Source: Dicyema japonicum (lineage: Eukaryota; Animalia; Dicyemida). Taken from it: 64,000 nt of DNA. The position numbers were made by a program, and so were the translations under genes. The notes under the pieces were generated by a model. That model was not told where the DNA came from. It was given only the letters and a program-made list of their open reading frames with translations, and did no database searches. The DNA lies in NCBI GenBank assembly GCA_011109175.1, contig RDEW01000038.1, forward strand, positions 273,007-337,006, in the 5' to 3' direction. Of the stretch, positions 24,935-38,003 are shown piece by piece. Each line of letters starts with the position of its first letter. Positions within the stretch are counted from its first letter, which is position 1.

Positions 24935-25672
24935 TTATTTCTTATAAGCACGACTCTTTCTCCTTCCTCTCGCCCTTTCAAATTTGGTTCCCTTATGGCG
25001 AACATAAGGTCTACAATAAAGCAGATTTGAAACCTTGTATGACTGTGTGGTGCTCCAGGAGCTGGTCCATGATGTTTACACACAGTTCTGGAATTCCTAT
25101 GTGCCTGAATTAGCATGGTTTTTTCTCCCTTTGGAGCAATCACCGCAAGCTCATCGAAGGTTAAAATTTTCCCACCAGCTTCCAGAATTCTCGCACGTGC
25201 CTTCTGTGTCACGTGTAGAGCACAAACCTAAGAATAAAGTCTCAATTATTATACCGTCATCTTTGGTACCTTTTCCGGGATCATTCGTAGATCATCAGTT
25301 ATAGTCCCCACACAAACAGCAACTAAATTGTCAACTGTAGATTTTTGAAGATGTTTTACCTATGCACTACATCAACCAGTCCTAACCAGTCTAGACAAAC
25401 ACATTGGGGGTCTGTTAGTCCTGCTCATCAAGAGACGACGCAAAACCACCTTGTTGAACCCAGAGTCAATTTTCCTGTTGAGATAGGTGTAGACCTATAC
25501 GTTTATAAGGTTATTGTACCTTAATCAGCTCCCTCATGTATAAATTTGGTGTGTGAGGGCGAATTCGTCTGACTTTCCTGTCGTATCGGTGACTTATATC
25601 GATTCCCTAAAATATGAATATCGACTTTGTATTTAATATGATTTTTATTTCAAATGCACAACAACTAACCAT
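24935..25672 (-). CDS. RPL18: 60S ribosomal protein L18 (eL18), 6 exons
   Basis: M|[14 protein letters not shown]...[18 protein letters not shown]...[19 protein letters not shown]...[12 protein letters not shown]|[24 protein letters not shown]. Introns 25607-25669, 25495-25519, 25360-25386, 25228-25254 and 25011-25033. Confidence 0.97.
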
Positions 25673-25899
25673 ATAAAAAAGACAAAAACGTGTTACAAAT
25701 GTATTTATTTAAATACAAAAATAATAATTAATAATAATGTTTTAGCAAATCAGTAAATTTTCTGTTTTTTGTGAAATCGAAAAAAATACGCTCATAGGTC
25801 CTCGGGCTATATTCGTCTCTTTAAAACAATTAGACATTAATAGAATGTTAAACTCGGTCCTACCCCTGGGAAAAAAATATTGATACCTATAAAAAAGTC

Positions 25900-27020
25900 T
25901 AACAAACCAAAACAACACTCGAAAGTCTACGCCCAGTCATATTTTTAAAGTTTAGAGCTTTAGACACTATTAGCATACACAAGATAATGGATGTCCTACA
26001 ACAATTTGTAGACCAATCGTTGCAAAGAATTATTCGAATACTGCTCTCTAGTAATGATCTGTCTGTCAGGATTAGAAGAACTTTCAAAACTATAATCGAT
26101 ATTCCTCAGGGAAATTTCCCTTAGTATTTTCTTTCCCTGATATCTTGAAGCCGCACTAAGGGATCTAAGAATGTATTACGAGGGAAAATTGAGAAAGTGG
26201 TGTACGCGGATGATGTGGATTTTATATCCGAAGATACAGAAACTCTCTCACATATACTAAAACTGCACCGGACAAATTTAATGAATAGTTCCTAATCGTA
26301 AACCATGAAAATCCGAAATCTTAAGACTGTACAACATCCTTGATGAACGTTGGCGACATGTTAATAAGGTTGTATCCCTACTGGGAGACACACAAGATAT
26401 CATCAAAAGTAAAACAGTTGCAACATAAAAACTCAAAAAAGGGATGGCTGAAGGAACTTGATGTTACTATTTGGATGTACATGTTTAATGCATTTGTGAA
26501 TACTCACATACAATGCTAATACTTGGCCTGCTCGATTGCAGAATTGATGGATTGTTTCACAGAAGACAGCTTAAAGTGTTATTTGCCATTCAATGGATTG
26601 ACAGGATCTCGAATGATTATTATTAAACCACCGTCATATCCAAACTAAACAAAATTCAAATGATCCCAACTTCCTTCAACAAGTCTTCGCATCTTTTCTC
26701 TGTGTTCCGACTCGAATTATAGAATTTATAATAAAAATGCAAGAGTAGGCCTCTAAGCCTGGACATCACTGACATCCGGTGGAGAGTTTAACACATCCTG
26801 TGTATGGATCTCGCTGCCCCAGCGAATGAGGCGATGGAGGATCATTTCATGTTCTAGAGAAAATGCTTCCGTGGCCCACCAAAGATAACACATCTTATAA
26901 TACTGCACGATACCTCCAAAGAGTGAGGAAATGCCTAAAGACGGGAGACTATCTGGACGAGCTAAGATCGATTGCGTGTAACCGTGTAGGACGGAAGAAG
27001 CTAACTTGTTCTTGTGTTGA
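25900..27020 (+). mobile_element. Decayed RTE-like LINE
   Basis: IPQG...YLEAALRD..VYADDVDF and APANEAMEDHF remnants. Confidence 0.75.
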
Positions 27021-27024
27021 ACAT

Positions 27025-27695
27025 TGTTATTATTATTAAAAAACACTCCCGAGTGTGGCGTATTCCTAATCATCTTCTCCGTTAACTTCGACCATTATCC
27101 TCTATTGCGCATTAATTCTCATAGGTAGTCCAAGTCGTTCGCTGAAGTTAGTCTCATACCAACTGCCGATAGATCGTCATTCAAGATAGTCGGAAGTGTC
27201 GTTCTTGGCCTTCCGCGAAATCCGGCTCCTGTGGGTGCGAAGTAGTTGTCCATTGCGATATTTGCGGGGACCTTGTCATTTAGACGTAACACGTGGCCAA
27301 AGAGGCTCCATCTTGATTTGAAAATTCCATCTGACAGCACGCCAGATTTGCATTTAGTATAAAGGTTTGAATAAGAGATCTTCATAGGCCAGTTGATCTC
27401 AATTACCGATTTGAGCTAAGTCCTGTGGAAAGGGTCAAAACGGTCCATTTCCCGTTTAGAGATTCCCCAAGTCTCAGAGTTGTAGGTTAGTTCCGGGATG
27501 ACAAAAGCTTGTATATTCTAATCCTGTTGTTTAGTCCTATCCTCTACCCTTTTTCCAGTTCTAACTCATTGTCTTCCTGGAGAGACCGATTAAAAACATC
27601 GGTGATCATTTTGGCTAGTTCCCCAGGAGCATGTTTTAAAAGTTCTGCTGGGATATTGTTGTGTCCTGCCGATTTTCCGGTGTTCAGTTTTTAAT
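27025..27695 (-). mobile_element. Internally deleted RTE-like LINE, tail-to-tail with the previous copy
   Basis: RWSLFGHVLRL...FRGRPRTTLP. 3' end ctcgggagtg+(TAA)n is shared with 42300-43760. Confidence 0.85.
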
Positions 27696-27759
27696 TTCTC
27701 AAAATTTTTGATAATTTCTAAATTTTTTGTATGATAATTTTTGATAATGATAATTTCTT

Positions 27760-28320
27760 AAATTTTTTTGTATTTTGTAAACTTTTTCTCTTTTTTCATA
27801 ATCATTCTTAAGAAGTCATAATTCGAGCGTCTTGGTATATTCATTAACTTCATATAGTGTCGGAACATGAATTTTTTCATCTTTCTCTTCAACTTTGTCA
27901 TGCTGTTTTAGTTTCCCCAAAAAGTTATGTATGAAGTTTTCATCATCAATTTGATTATTTTCATGAATCATAAAATTTTTATTATCTCTGTCTTCTATTC
28001 CTGTCAGGTTCTGTATTAACGCATTTTCAAAAAATTTTAGAGACATGGACTTTAAAAGATTGTAAATCAAAATGATCTTTTTTCAACGAACCATTCAAAT
28101 AGATCTCCGTCGAATGGTTGAGACTTGGGAAAGTACACTTTCTTTTTTTGATCATCTTGAATACTAAGTATTCCTTCAGAATTTTTTTTAATTTTGTTTA
28201 TGCAGCCAAGAGAAACATTGAAATAAAGAGATAAATCACGCTGTGTCCATGTTTATGAAAAAATTATATGATTTCCTTCTTTTGAAAAATGATATGCGTT
28301 TTCGATTTTGTACCATGCTA
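27760..28320 (-). mobile_element. Possible pogo/Tigger (CENP-B HTH) transposase remnant
   Basis: DGDLFEWFVEKRS and acidic VPTLYEVNEYTKTL segments. Heavily decayed. Confidence 0.35.
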
Positions 28321-28431
28321 ACTATTTTATAATTAATATATCAATGACAATTACTAATTTTTGCATTAATATGGCATGTTCACTAGAGAGGGTTAACTCG
28401 CGCTCCTGTTGAGGCATATACATTTATAATT

Positions 28432-30240
28432 TATTTTATTAACCCCCAAATCACGAAAAAGAAATTAAAAGTTATTGTCTAATTAAGTGATCCTGGTGTA
28501 TATACCAGTCATTTTACTGCAGTTAGTTTCGGAGTCTGGATTAATCTCCACAACGGGAAAGGTTTCTTCTCACATCTCGGGCAGGCGTCCATATATAATT
28601 TGATGTCCGGCCCGAGGGGATGGTCAGGGGACTTTGCCATTTTGAGGAAGTCTCGGTGACGTTTTGTGATTAGGGGGAGGTTTAGTGTTCTCCGTAGTAA
28701 CGAAGTGGATGTCTTTTTCGACGATCTCATTAGTATTCTGAAACATCGGTTTTGTAAAACTTGATCTGTGCCGATAGTGATGACGGGAAAATCCATGCAG
28801 CACAGGCGTACTTGATACTCGGTAGAACAAATTGTTTTATAGAAGTTCTAACGATGGCCTGGAAGATATTGGGGAGTGAGTGAAAGACCTTTAAAATTTC
28901 AATTTTTTTTTGGATCCTCGCGGTTACTAGGTCCATTTGATGATTGAATGTGAGGAGAGAATCCAAGATGACTTCAAAGATTGAAAGGGTCTTATTAATG
29001 AGAAGCGGAGATTCGTACAAATTTATTCGAGGTATTGTTCGTATTTCTTTTCGTGAGAAATAAACGTCATTACATGTGACTTTCCTGGTGATATATTCAG
29101 ACGGTTCTTCAGGAATCAAAGACTCATCAGGTTTAGTAGATCTTACACGGACCGTGTTGCCTCCTCGATTCTTCGATATTTCACTGCGACTACGAAATCA
29201 TCCACATAAGATAAAAGAATTATGTTTTTAATAATTGAATATGGGATGTCATTTAAAAACATGTTGAAGAACATTGGTGATGTAAAACTCCATTTGGAAG
29301 GTATCGCAGTTTTGATTTTTGGTTGTTTGCCACCACTTGGCCCATTGAAGTTAGCAAACAATGACTTGAATTTAGAATGAATCGACGTCATAAAAATTTT
29401 TGCTGTAAGGCTTTTCCAGGATACTGAGTCAAAAGTCTTCTCTACATCAACTGAGACCAGTACGGTTTTTGTGTGGATTTGGGGAATTCAGGCCGTCTAA
29501 AATGAATTGAACCAGTTTTTTAAGATGTTGTCCTTCGCGGAATCCGTATAGAAAAAGATGGTAGAGTTATGAAAGGACGGATCTTGAGAAAGACCAGTTT
29601 TTCTAACACTCGTGATAAGGCGCAGATGATAGATACCGGGCAGTTTGGTGGTTTGTTTTTTTTCAGAAGAGGGTGTATCAGAGATTTCTTCTATATTGAA
29701 GGGGAATCTTGTTCTCGTTTATAGAGGTTGAAAATTTGTGTTATTCCGGCCGTCACGAAAGGACCCAGGTGTTTAAATTCTAGAATGGAGATGTCATCTG
29801 AACCTGGGGACTATGAGTTATTCATTTTCCTGATTACTGAGTGCACCATTGAAGGGTCGAAGAAAGTCACGTTGGGACATTTATTCCTTCGACCATGGCC
29901 TGAACGAACATCCAGGTTTTTTGAATATGGTTTATGACTAATATTCACATAGTACTTCATAATGTCATTGGGAGTTGGTCATGGCTCTCGATCTCCAATT
30001 AAATGCAGAGAGCACTTTTTGGACCTACTTATCGATTTCCATAATACAGTTGAAAAAGTATTATTCGTAGTTTTTCAGAGCAAGGCTTCCCAACGTTCTT
30101 TGTTGTTTTTTGTGATGTTCCGTATGATTTCTTTATTCAGTTTTGATATCTTTTCAGTTACGTCAACTGATTATCTTTCGGAATTCTTCAACTTATTGGA
30201 TTTATTTTTGATTTTAATAACTCAAACAATTCTCAATAAT
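28432..30240 (-). mobile_element. Decayed Vingi-like LINE (RT to 3' end), interrupted by Tc1
   Basis: LLSYVDDFVVA, FVLPSIKYACAAW and LQNRCFR motifs. Family 3' UTR atcacttaattagac...gggggttaataa. Confidence 0.8.
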
Positions 30241-30242
30241 AT

Positions 30243-31310
30243 TCAGGTCTGGAGATTTTCTAAAACTGTGATCTCCTTGTTTTGAAGATTTTCTTTTGTA
30301 GACTTTGAAGTTTGTGAAGGAGCACCATCTTGTTGTAAAAAGTATTCTTTTTGATAAATTTCAACAAATCCTTCAGAAAGAATTCGTTGATATTCAGCAG
30401 AATTAACATTTCCAGTGCATAAAACTAGCACTCGTTTTCCATCATTTCTAATTGCACCCCATACCATAATAGAGGGTGAATATTTAATTGTCCCAGTTGT
30501 ATACTTTGTTTCAAATTGAGATCCTGGAGGTCTTCTAACATGTTCTCTCGATTCGAGACTCAATGAAATCCGACACTTATTGCCTAAAATTACATTTTTC
30601 AATTCAAAGTGTATATAGTTTTACATCACAATTTTCTTTTTGTTTTTTGAGGCTCAGTAAGCAACGGTTTTTTAACCGCTGCTCGTCCGAAAAGATTATT
30701 TTGACGAAATATTCCTTCTACAGTATCATTACTGACAAGATGAGAAACATCACAGTCTGTTCGAATCTGATTATATGCTTTTTGTGGGATTGTACACAGA
30801 ATTTCGGACGAGAATTCTTTCATACAAAATTTTTTTCCGGCCAGATTTAGGTCTATCATTGCACCCATGTCTTTCAATATAGCGCTTGTAGATTTCACGA
30901 ACTGTACTTCTAGCATTTCCGAGAGTGCTAGCAACTTTAGAAATCGAAGTCTTAATTTTCAATAAAGAATATGATTTTATAACGATTTTCAACTGAAACA
31001 CGTGGAATTTAACGTTTTTAAAATTAATTGTACATTTAAAGAATTTAAAAATAAAATAATTAATACTTGACTTCAAATATATCTAATTCCTTTAGGTAAC
31101 ATATGCGCGGCTTAATTTTCATTAAAAAAATAAAAAGTGGATAAATGCCATTTTTAAGGGATGAAATAAAAAAATAAAAAATTTATTAGTTTGGCTAAAA
31201 TTTAAAAAGCATATTTGCTTTTTAAAATAATAAAAATTATCAAATAAAAGTAACATTTTTGCTTATCTTATGACTTACTTGATTCTGGCGGTAACATTTG
31301 CACGGGGCTG
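30243..31310 (-). mobile_element. Tc1/mariner transposon, decayed, one end present
   Basis: HTH region RPKSGRK, AVKKPLL, SIMVWGAI and FLQQDGAPSQTSK. Terminus CAGCCCCGTGCAAATG is flanked by TA at 31311-31312. Confidence 0.88.
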
Positions 31311-31822
31311 TATTGGTAGAATTTCTTATCCCAATGAAATATTTTTAATATCTTGTCGTCCATTGTCTTCTGCGGCTAACTCGTCGATTGTCTGTCAGAT
31401 ACAATGTGCTAAGGGATTTTGCGATAGATCGCAATAATTTTGCTTTTAAGCAACTGTGTATTTCAATACTTCACTTTAGCATTTAGCCACTATTGGGCTT
31501 ATCTACTTTATTTTGTTTTTTTTGAAGCCAAATTTAGAGATTGTTAATGATTTCAAGACCAGGGTTCTGATGACATAGGACAATAACTAATAAATGTTTT
31601 GGCGAACTTAACAAATTTCCAAAATTGGACCATTTACTAAATGAAGATTACATTAAAAATAATTACTAATTCATTCTTTGACCAAATAAATAGCAGCTTG
31701 GGAATCCAATAGGACGGCACTAACTACTGGCCTTCTTTTTATCCTGTTAGTCGCACAATAGGATCATTGCGAATACCATAAGCTTTCGAATTTTGTATAT
31801 TACAAGTTTAAGAGAGATATTT

Positions 31823-33530
31823 TGTCACATGGGCCAAGCGTTACCTATGGGCAGCCTGTTACATTAACCTTGAACCAAGATTAACTTCAATTAATTTTAT
31901 AAATGATTTATTAACCACAAAAAATTAAATTTAAGTAACTTTTTTTAGTCTACTCATTAATACAGTCGATATTTCTCCTTTCGAATTTTTTATCTATCAA
32001 ATCAAACTATTTAAAACTACCTCCACGCGATTATTCGATAAAATATTAATTATTTCTGCAACTGGATAATACTGAGACTCAAACTTATCCAGTCGCAATG
32101 AGGGATTTGTTCCAAAGTCCTTTTTAGCCCGAACCTATTTATTAATGTTTTTATTCATACTTTATCTCCCATGTTAAAAGTATATTTACTATTATGAACA
32201 TTCATTTTCCTGATCATAGCTTTGTAATAATTATAATTTTCTTCAATCGATTTAATTTCGAAATTGAATCTCTTCGCATTCGGACACAAATTATCTGACT
32301 GGGAATTATCTAGATATAAATTTTTTAAATCAAACTACGTGAATTTTCAATAGATTCTGGAGTCGAACAATTAACCAAATCGTCAATTTGTTCTGGAATC
32401 GCACACTTATCACTTAAATTATCTAAGTCATAATGTTAAGTATAACCATTAATTATTGAATTTATTCCCTTAATTCCTCGATATCTTTCAAAAGGACTTT
32501 CGTTAGAAAATGAATGGACCGATATGTTGTAACTGTAGACAGCACTTTCTAATTTATCAAGCCACTTTTTTTCACTGTTATCCAGCATTTTTGACAACTT
32601 CCTCGTGATCGTCTGATTTTTTCGACAATTCCTTGTGCTCGTGGATTGTTAGGCCTTCCGTGAATTTGCTTAATGTTAAAATCTCCGCAAAGTTTTGTTA
32701 TTTCTTGATTTTTAAATTCAGAACCATTGTCCGACTGAAGAAATTTACATGGCCCATTCAGGCGGAACAAAGATCTTAAGTTTTCACATACTTCTTTACC
32801 AGCGAAAATTTGCAGACTTCACAATTTCGAATGACTTTTCTGATAATCTCATTCTTTACAGTGAAGTATCTGTGTCGACATTCATACTCAATTTTATTGA
32901 CTCCTCCGTGTGAAAACTTGTGCAACGATTTCGCAACATGCTCCATTTCGGTTTCATTATCCAGGGATATGACTAACTTGGGATCAGTTGATTTAAGATA
33001 GTCTAAAATTATTGAAAATTTACAATACCTGTCATTGATAATAGAAAAATTCTCTATCTTCTTTACAAGCCTATATTTTCGGTGCTCGGAAGATTTTCGG
33101 GAAATTTATAATGCAAAGCATCTTTTAAAGTTTGATATTCAACACAATCTTTCACAAAACCCTTGTAAGAAGCCATTGCAACAAAATAATCTTCCATGCT
33201 ATGAATCACGCTAGAAATCTAGGTTTATTGCTATAAAAAAATAAAATCTTTATAATCATAACATTTATGAATAAAAAACTAATTTAACAGAATTAAGTCA
33301 CGATATAAATCGGATATATAAAATTAAATGTCGGATAATCTAATGAGGACTCATCCTTACCTTTGTCGGTCTGGGATCACTTAGTTAGATGAGAATTTTT
33401 ATTTCTTTCTTTTTGACCCAGTGATCCTGGGGGTAATAATAATAATAATAATGTCGGATAATCAAAAGACCTTTTCAAGGTCGAAAAAATGTAACAGGCT
33501 GCCCATGCGTTACGCGCCGCCCATGTGACA
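31823..33530 (-). mobile_element. Ginger2/TDD-like integrase DNA transposon (decayed)
   Basis: ~45-bp TIRs TGTCACATGGGC...TGGGCAGCCTGTTACATT at both ends. 5-bp TSD TATTT (31818-31822, 33531-33535). Integrase core LQSDNGSEF...HGRPNNPRAQGIVE and HGG..CEVC Zn region. Confidence 0.85.
33341..33449 (+). mobile_element. 109-bp extremely 5'-truncated Vingi-like LINE inside the Ginger2 element
   Basis: Family 3' UTR and (TAA)n tail. 14-bp TSD aatgtcggataatc at 33327-33340 and 33450-33463. Confidence 0.85.
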
Positions 33531-33698
33531 TATTTGGTTTAACAAAGTTGCTATTTTGACAATCATAGAATCATTAACTATCACTATACACGTGGGTACT
33601 TTGTGCAATCAGGTACATCACCAGTAAGCTAACCTATCGGTTGATAATATTATATTGACAAGTTTATAAAAACAAAATTTAAATCACAGAAACAAATA

Positions 33699-34514
33699 TC
33701 AAACCTCATCTTCTTCAATGCCAACATCCTCCTAAAATAAACTAATTATTGTAACCCTAAACTGTTTCCTTGATGAGCAATCTGGACAATTATCAGCAAT
33801 ACAATCGACAATTTCATTGCACTTTACGTTACACTAAACCTTACCAATTTCCTCCGTTCCTTCAACAGTCGTAAAATCATCATCTTTTCTCCCACAAGCT
33901 AAAACTCAATTTAACACAGACTCTGTCTTTCTCATTCTTGTCTACCAAAACTCGATTTTCACGCAGACCTTCCAACCTCTCGTTATACTTCAGACGCTGG
34001 GATCTCTACAAACTAATAAACCTTATCATTCAAAAAGAAAATAGTTTCCTTTAAAGATTCCGTAGACAATGAAGAATTCAAAACAGCCACTTCTGCTGTT
34101 ATAAAAGTATTAAGACCAGTTTCCTGATCGGTAGTAGACTTTTTAAGTGAGTCCAGTTTATAGCTGAGATTATCGAAGTCTTCTTGTGTTGGTTTATCCT
34201 CAGATTCATCGTAGGTAGGCAAATTATTCTAAAGTCTTAATGATGATTACTTGGTTTATGGAATAAATCTTCTGTTTACCATAAACCTTCTCTATTAGCT
34301 TAGAAGAAGCTGAAAGATCAGTTAGAACCTTGGTCACGACCTAAGATTTTGATAGTTTAAATACAGCTTTACTGTAGTCATTGTGGAGATTTCTCTGTAT
34401 GTCATTAACACAATATGGTCTGTTTTTTTCGATCATGTAATTTAAAATTCTATTTTCAGCCTCTTTGTCTAAATCTCAGTGTTATTAACCAGAAAATTCA
34501 CCTATTTTATTCAT
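33699..34514 (-). CDS. PSMC3IP: Homologous-pairing protein 2 (HOP2/TBPIP), 9 exons
   Basis: ILNYMIEKNRPYCVNDI...EKVYGKQKIYSINQ...KERRKL|CNEIVDCI...RKQFR|EDVGIEEDEV*. Introns 34469-34489, 34341-34364, 34229-34250, 34096-34116, 33997-34021, 33899-33921, 33822-33844 and 33732-33755 (21-25 nt). Confidence 0.93.
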
Positions 34515-34623
34515 AACACGAAAGCTAGAAAAGACCGCCTTTATAATTATTTTATCCCATTAAATAATTTATATTTAATTTTTAAAATTATTGATCGACT
34601 TGGAATTTAAAAACTCATGTAAT

Positions 34624-34760
34624 CACGTGCAGTGTAATATGTTTCGGACCAAAATCCAGGTGGTTCCTGGTTCGAAGCTCGCTGTTGTTCATTTGGTTGA
34701 AGGTTCCACGCTTCTACAAAGTCTTTTCATCTCTACAGAGCCTGATTTTCGTCTGGGATT
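34624..34760 (+). mobile_element. SINE copy D (5' half), split by LINE copy 2
   Basis: gcagtgtaa A-box-like sequence, ggttcgaagctcgctgttgttc B box, gaaggttccacgcttctac body. SINE-like sequence resumes at ~37545. Confidence 0.65.
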
Positions 34761-37385
34761 ATTATTATTATAACCCCGGGAACACAGGAAAGAAAAAAAA
34801 GTTATCGTCTAATTAAGTGATCACGGTGTCAGTGCGTCCTCCTTTGTTTCGACTTTGTCTGCAATTTTTTATGATCGTCCAAAAGGGGGAAGGTTTGATC
34901 TCAAATTTGCGAGCATACTTCTGGTAGGCGAGAAACTTATCTTCAAGGGGGTTACCGGAAGAACGCACCATTTTCAAAAAATTTTGTTGTTCGTCACCGA
35001 GATGTTCCATAACTTTTTTGAGATCTAATGTGTTCCTAATTTTTGACGTATTCTGTCACATTTAAGAAGGATCCGGATTCATTGTTTTGCATGACCTGTA
35101 ATTTGTTCTGCGTGGATATTGACAATGGTGTAACTCACGCCGTACATGCATGTTCCATTGTCGGTAGAATATACTGTTTGTATAATATTTTGAGATGAGA
35201 GAGTGAAGATATTGGAGATCTAGCAAAGGTCTTGAGGATCCCCATCTTTTTTTGAACTCTTAAAATTATTGTGTCCACATGATGTGTGAACGTCATCAAC
35301 GGGTCATATATAACTCAAAGGATTGATGGGTTTTTATTAACTTTTTTGAGGAACCATGAGTTCGTAATGTCGAGGGTCTCCTGAACCTTTCGTGTAGCTT
35401 CTTTATGGTCTTGGTGTCTTGCTGCGACAATAAGATTGTCGGCATAAGACAGAAAAATGGTATTTTGGATGTTTGGATTTGGAAGGTCTCTTGTAAATAA
35501 ATTGAACAAGGTTGGTGATATAGGGGATCCTTGAGGGACCTCGTTGGAGAGGTATCGTTGTCTTGATTTTCTATTATTCATGACAACTTGGCATCTTCTG
35601 CCATTGATGAAATTGGCCAGCCACATTTTGATTTTCTGATGGATATCGGTGTCAAAATTTTTTGTTGTTAGAGTCTTCCTGGGTACCGAATCAAACGCCT
35701 TCTCGATATCCAGAGCGACAAGTACCGTTCTTTTATGTGGTTTTGAGTAGTTCAGTCCATCCGAGATGAACCGAGTTAGTTTTGTTAGATGTGTTGAAGT
35801 TGAGTATCCCGATCTGAAGCCATGTTGGAAACTTGCAAGATCAAGCGAATGAGTAATCTTGTGGAGGATTAATTTTTCCAATGTTCTTGAAAGGCCACAA
35901 AGAATCGATATTGGACGATAACTTCGGGGGTCGTCTAAGGCTTTGTTCTTTTTAGGTGTTGAATGTATAAGTGATTTTTTCCATAATGAGGGAATCTCAT
36001 TTCTATTCACTGAGTAATTGAAAATCTCAGTAAGGACTTCGATTGCTATTGGCCCCAAGTGTTTCAATTCAGTTATTGAAATGTGATCCGCCCCTTTGAA
36101 TTTTGTATTTTTCATTTATTTAATTGCATGAAATACCTCCAGTGGTTTGAAAAAATTCGATGTATGGATATTTTTTCTTGTGTTTCGGTTGATGATCAAG
36201 TTCCAAATATGGTTTTTGGCTTAAACTGACATAAAATTTCATAAATGTGTCAGGATTAATTCCTAGTGTATGTTGTATGGGAATCTGTTTGAGTTTCCGT
36301 AGTGTTCTCCATAAGGATGATGTCTTTGTGTGTCTATTTACAGACATCAAAGCAGCCTCCCATTTTTTTTGATTTATTTCTGATCCTTTTAGGTAATTTC
36401 CTTATTCAGATCTTTAATTTCAGTATTCAAGGATGTTGTTTTATCTATAGTTTTCTTTAGTTTATTTTTGCAATAAGGACCCTCGTTTCTGTGTCGAATT
36501 TATCTGAAAAAGTTTTGAATCGCCCAATTGGAATAAACTTTTTTTTCGGGCTTGCAAAATCTTTTCATTAATAAATCCAACGACCGCATCTATCGAGGAA
36601 AAGTTCTCTATTCGAAAAGAGGATAGGGAGTCTTCAATAAAAATCATGTACTCAAGCCAATTCGCACGTGAGAAGATGATGAAAGTATTGCGAGTTCCAT
36701 TAATCTTGTGTTTTCCCAGGATTTTCAATATTATTGGATTGTGATCTGTGTGCAAATCGTAGATAACGTCCCATGTAAACGTCGAAGCAATTGATGGGGC
36801 GGCAAGAGTCAGATCTGGTGAGGTTGAAGAGTCACCATTTCTTGAAGGAGTTTTTGTGTGTTTATTCCTGTTGTTAAGGACTACCAAGTCGTCAATGTTG
36901 TCTAATATAATAGATTCTCTTTGGTCCAATAGTTTATTTGTGTACCTAATTGGGCTCTTCGGGTTCATATTTCTACAAATTATAACTTTTTCCAATCTTG
37001 TGAACTGTTTAAGCTTAGGACAATAGCCTTTATAGAAGAAATTGGAGGGATATACACATTTGCTATAGTCATTCGGAGTGAGTGTAACTTTATTCTCACT
37101 GTGAGTTGTTCTAATGGATCTTCAGTGTCCATAAAGCTTGATGTGTAATTTGAAAAGTCCACAACATTAATCTGATTATGGACAATGGTATGTAAGTCTC
37201 CACTTTTTCCAAATTTTCGGTTCGTCCGGAGCACGTAATATTCAGGAAACGTTGGAGTTGAATCTTTATGAGTAAGCTTTGACTCTTGAATTAAAGCGAT
37301 ATACACCGAGCTGGACTGGAAAAATCGTAAGTTCAATAATCTTTGTTCGAATTCCATTTATGTTGATTTGGGCAATAATCAATGG

Positions 37386-37412
37386 CGGTCCTGGATTCGG
37401 TTTGACATCGCC
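37386..37412 (-). other. 2A/StopGo-like motif (GDVKPNPGP)
   Basis: LLLISGDVKPNPGP is one substitution (GAA>AAA) from consensus and lies directly before APE. Confidence 0.8.
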
Positions 37413-37472
37413 GGAAATAAGTAGTAATGCACGACACCATCCACGTCTCAATGAAGAAGGGATAGGGATTTT

Positions 37473-37534
37473 GCGGCTCTTTTGTCACATAAATTGTGCA
37501 ATGCCACCACATCGTAGGTGAGCCACGCGACATT
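37473..37534 (-). ncRNA. HDV-like ribozyme fold at the 5' end of copy 2
   Basis: P1 aatgtc/ggcatt, P2 gtggctc/gagccgc, P3 acc/ggt, L3 tacgatgt, P4 caca/tgtg, J4/2 aCaaaa. Confidence 0.75.
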
Positions 37535-38003
37535 TTTTTTAAATTCTCCGGAGTTATCGTCTTCTGGGATTCACACAAATAATAACACAGGGGAAAAAAG
37601 AAAAGAATTACAAGTCAAGAACATTTTAATGTTTTGGATTAATTATCATGATTTTTCTTGTTTCTTAAATAAATTGTTCGTTTTTCCTATGCTGAGGTTT
37701 ATGTAATGGAAACATATATTCAGGAGAGTGAATCCAGAATGAGGCAATGAGTCTTCGAAATAAAACTCTTGATTGGAGTTTATGCTAATTGAAGTTTCAA
37801 AAATACAGATTTGTCATAAATCAACGTATTATGTCTCACGTATTGTGAGCAACCATGCACAACGCGCACAAATCATGTGTCAATCAATGTCATTTGTCAA
37901 AATCATGTCAAACAATATCACGATTAATTACTGAATTAAGATAATCTAGAGATAATTTATTACATCAAAATTAATTATATTTTCTTGACCATGTGCATTG
38001 GAA

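Larger units (their letters stand above)
34758..37534 (-). mobile_element. Near full-length decayed Ingi/Vingi-like retrotransposon, copy 2
   Basis: 2A-like motif, APE (IAQININGI, IALIQESKL, SPDLTLA, TDHNPI), RT (YRPISILC, LDIEKAFDSV, VPQGSPISP, YADN), family 3' UTR and (TAA)n. Confidence 0.88.

Noticed and set aside
24481-25212. 243-aa ORF in the track
   Set aside because: An RPL18 exon read through an intron and the N gap (24609-24931); not a real protein.
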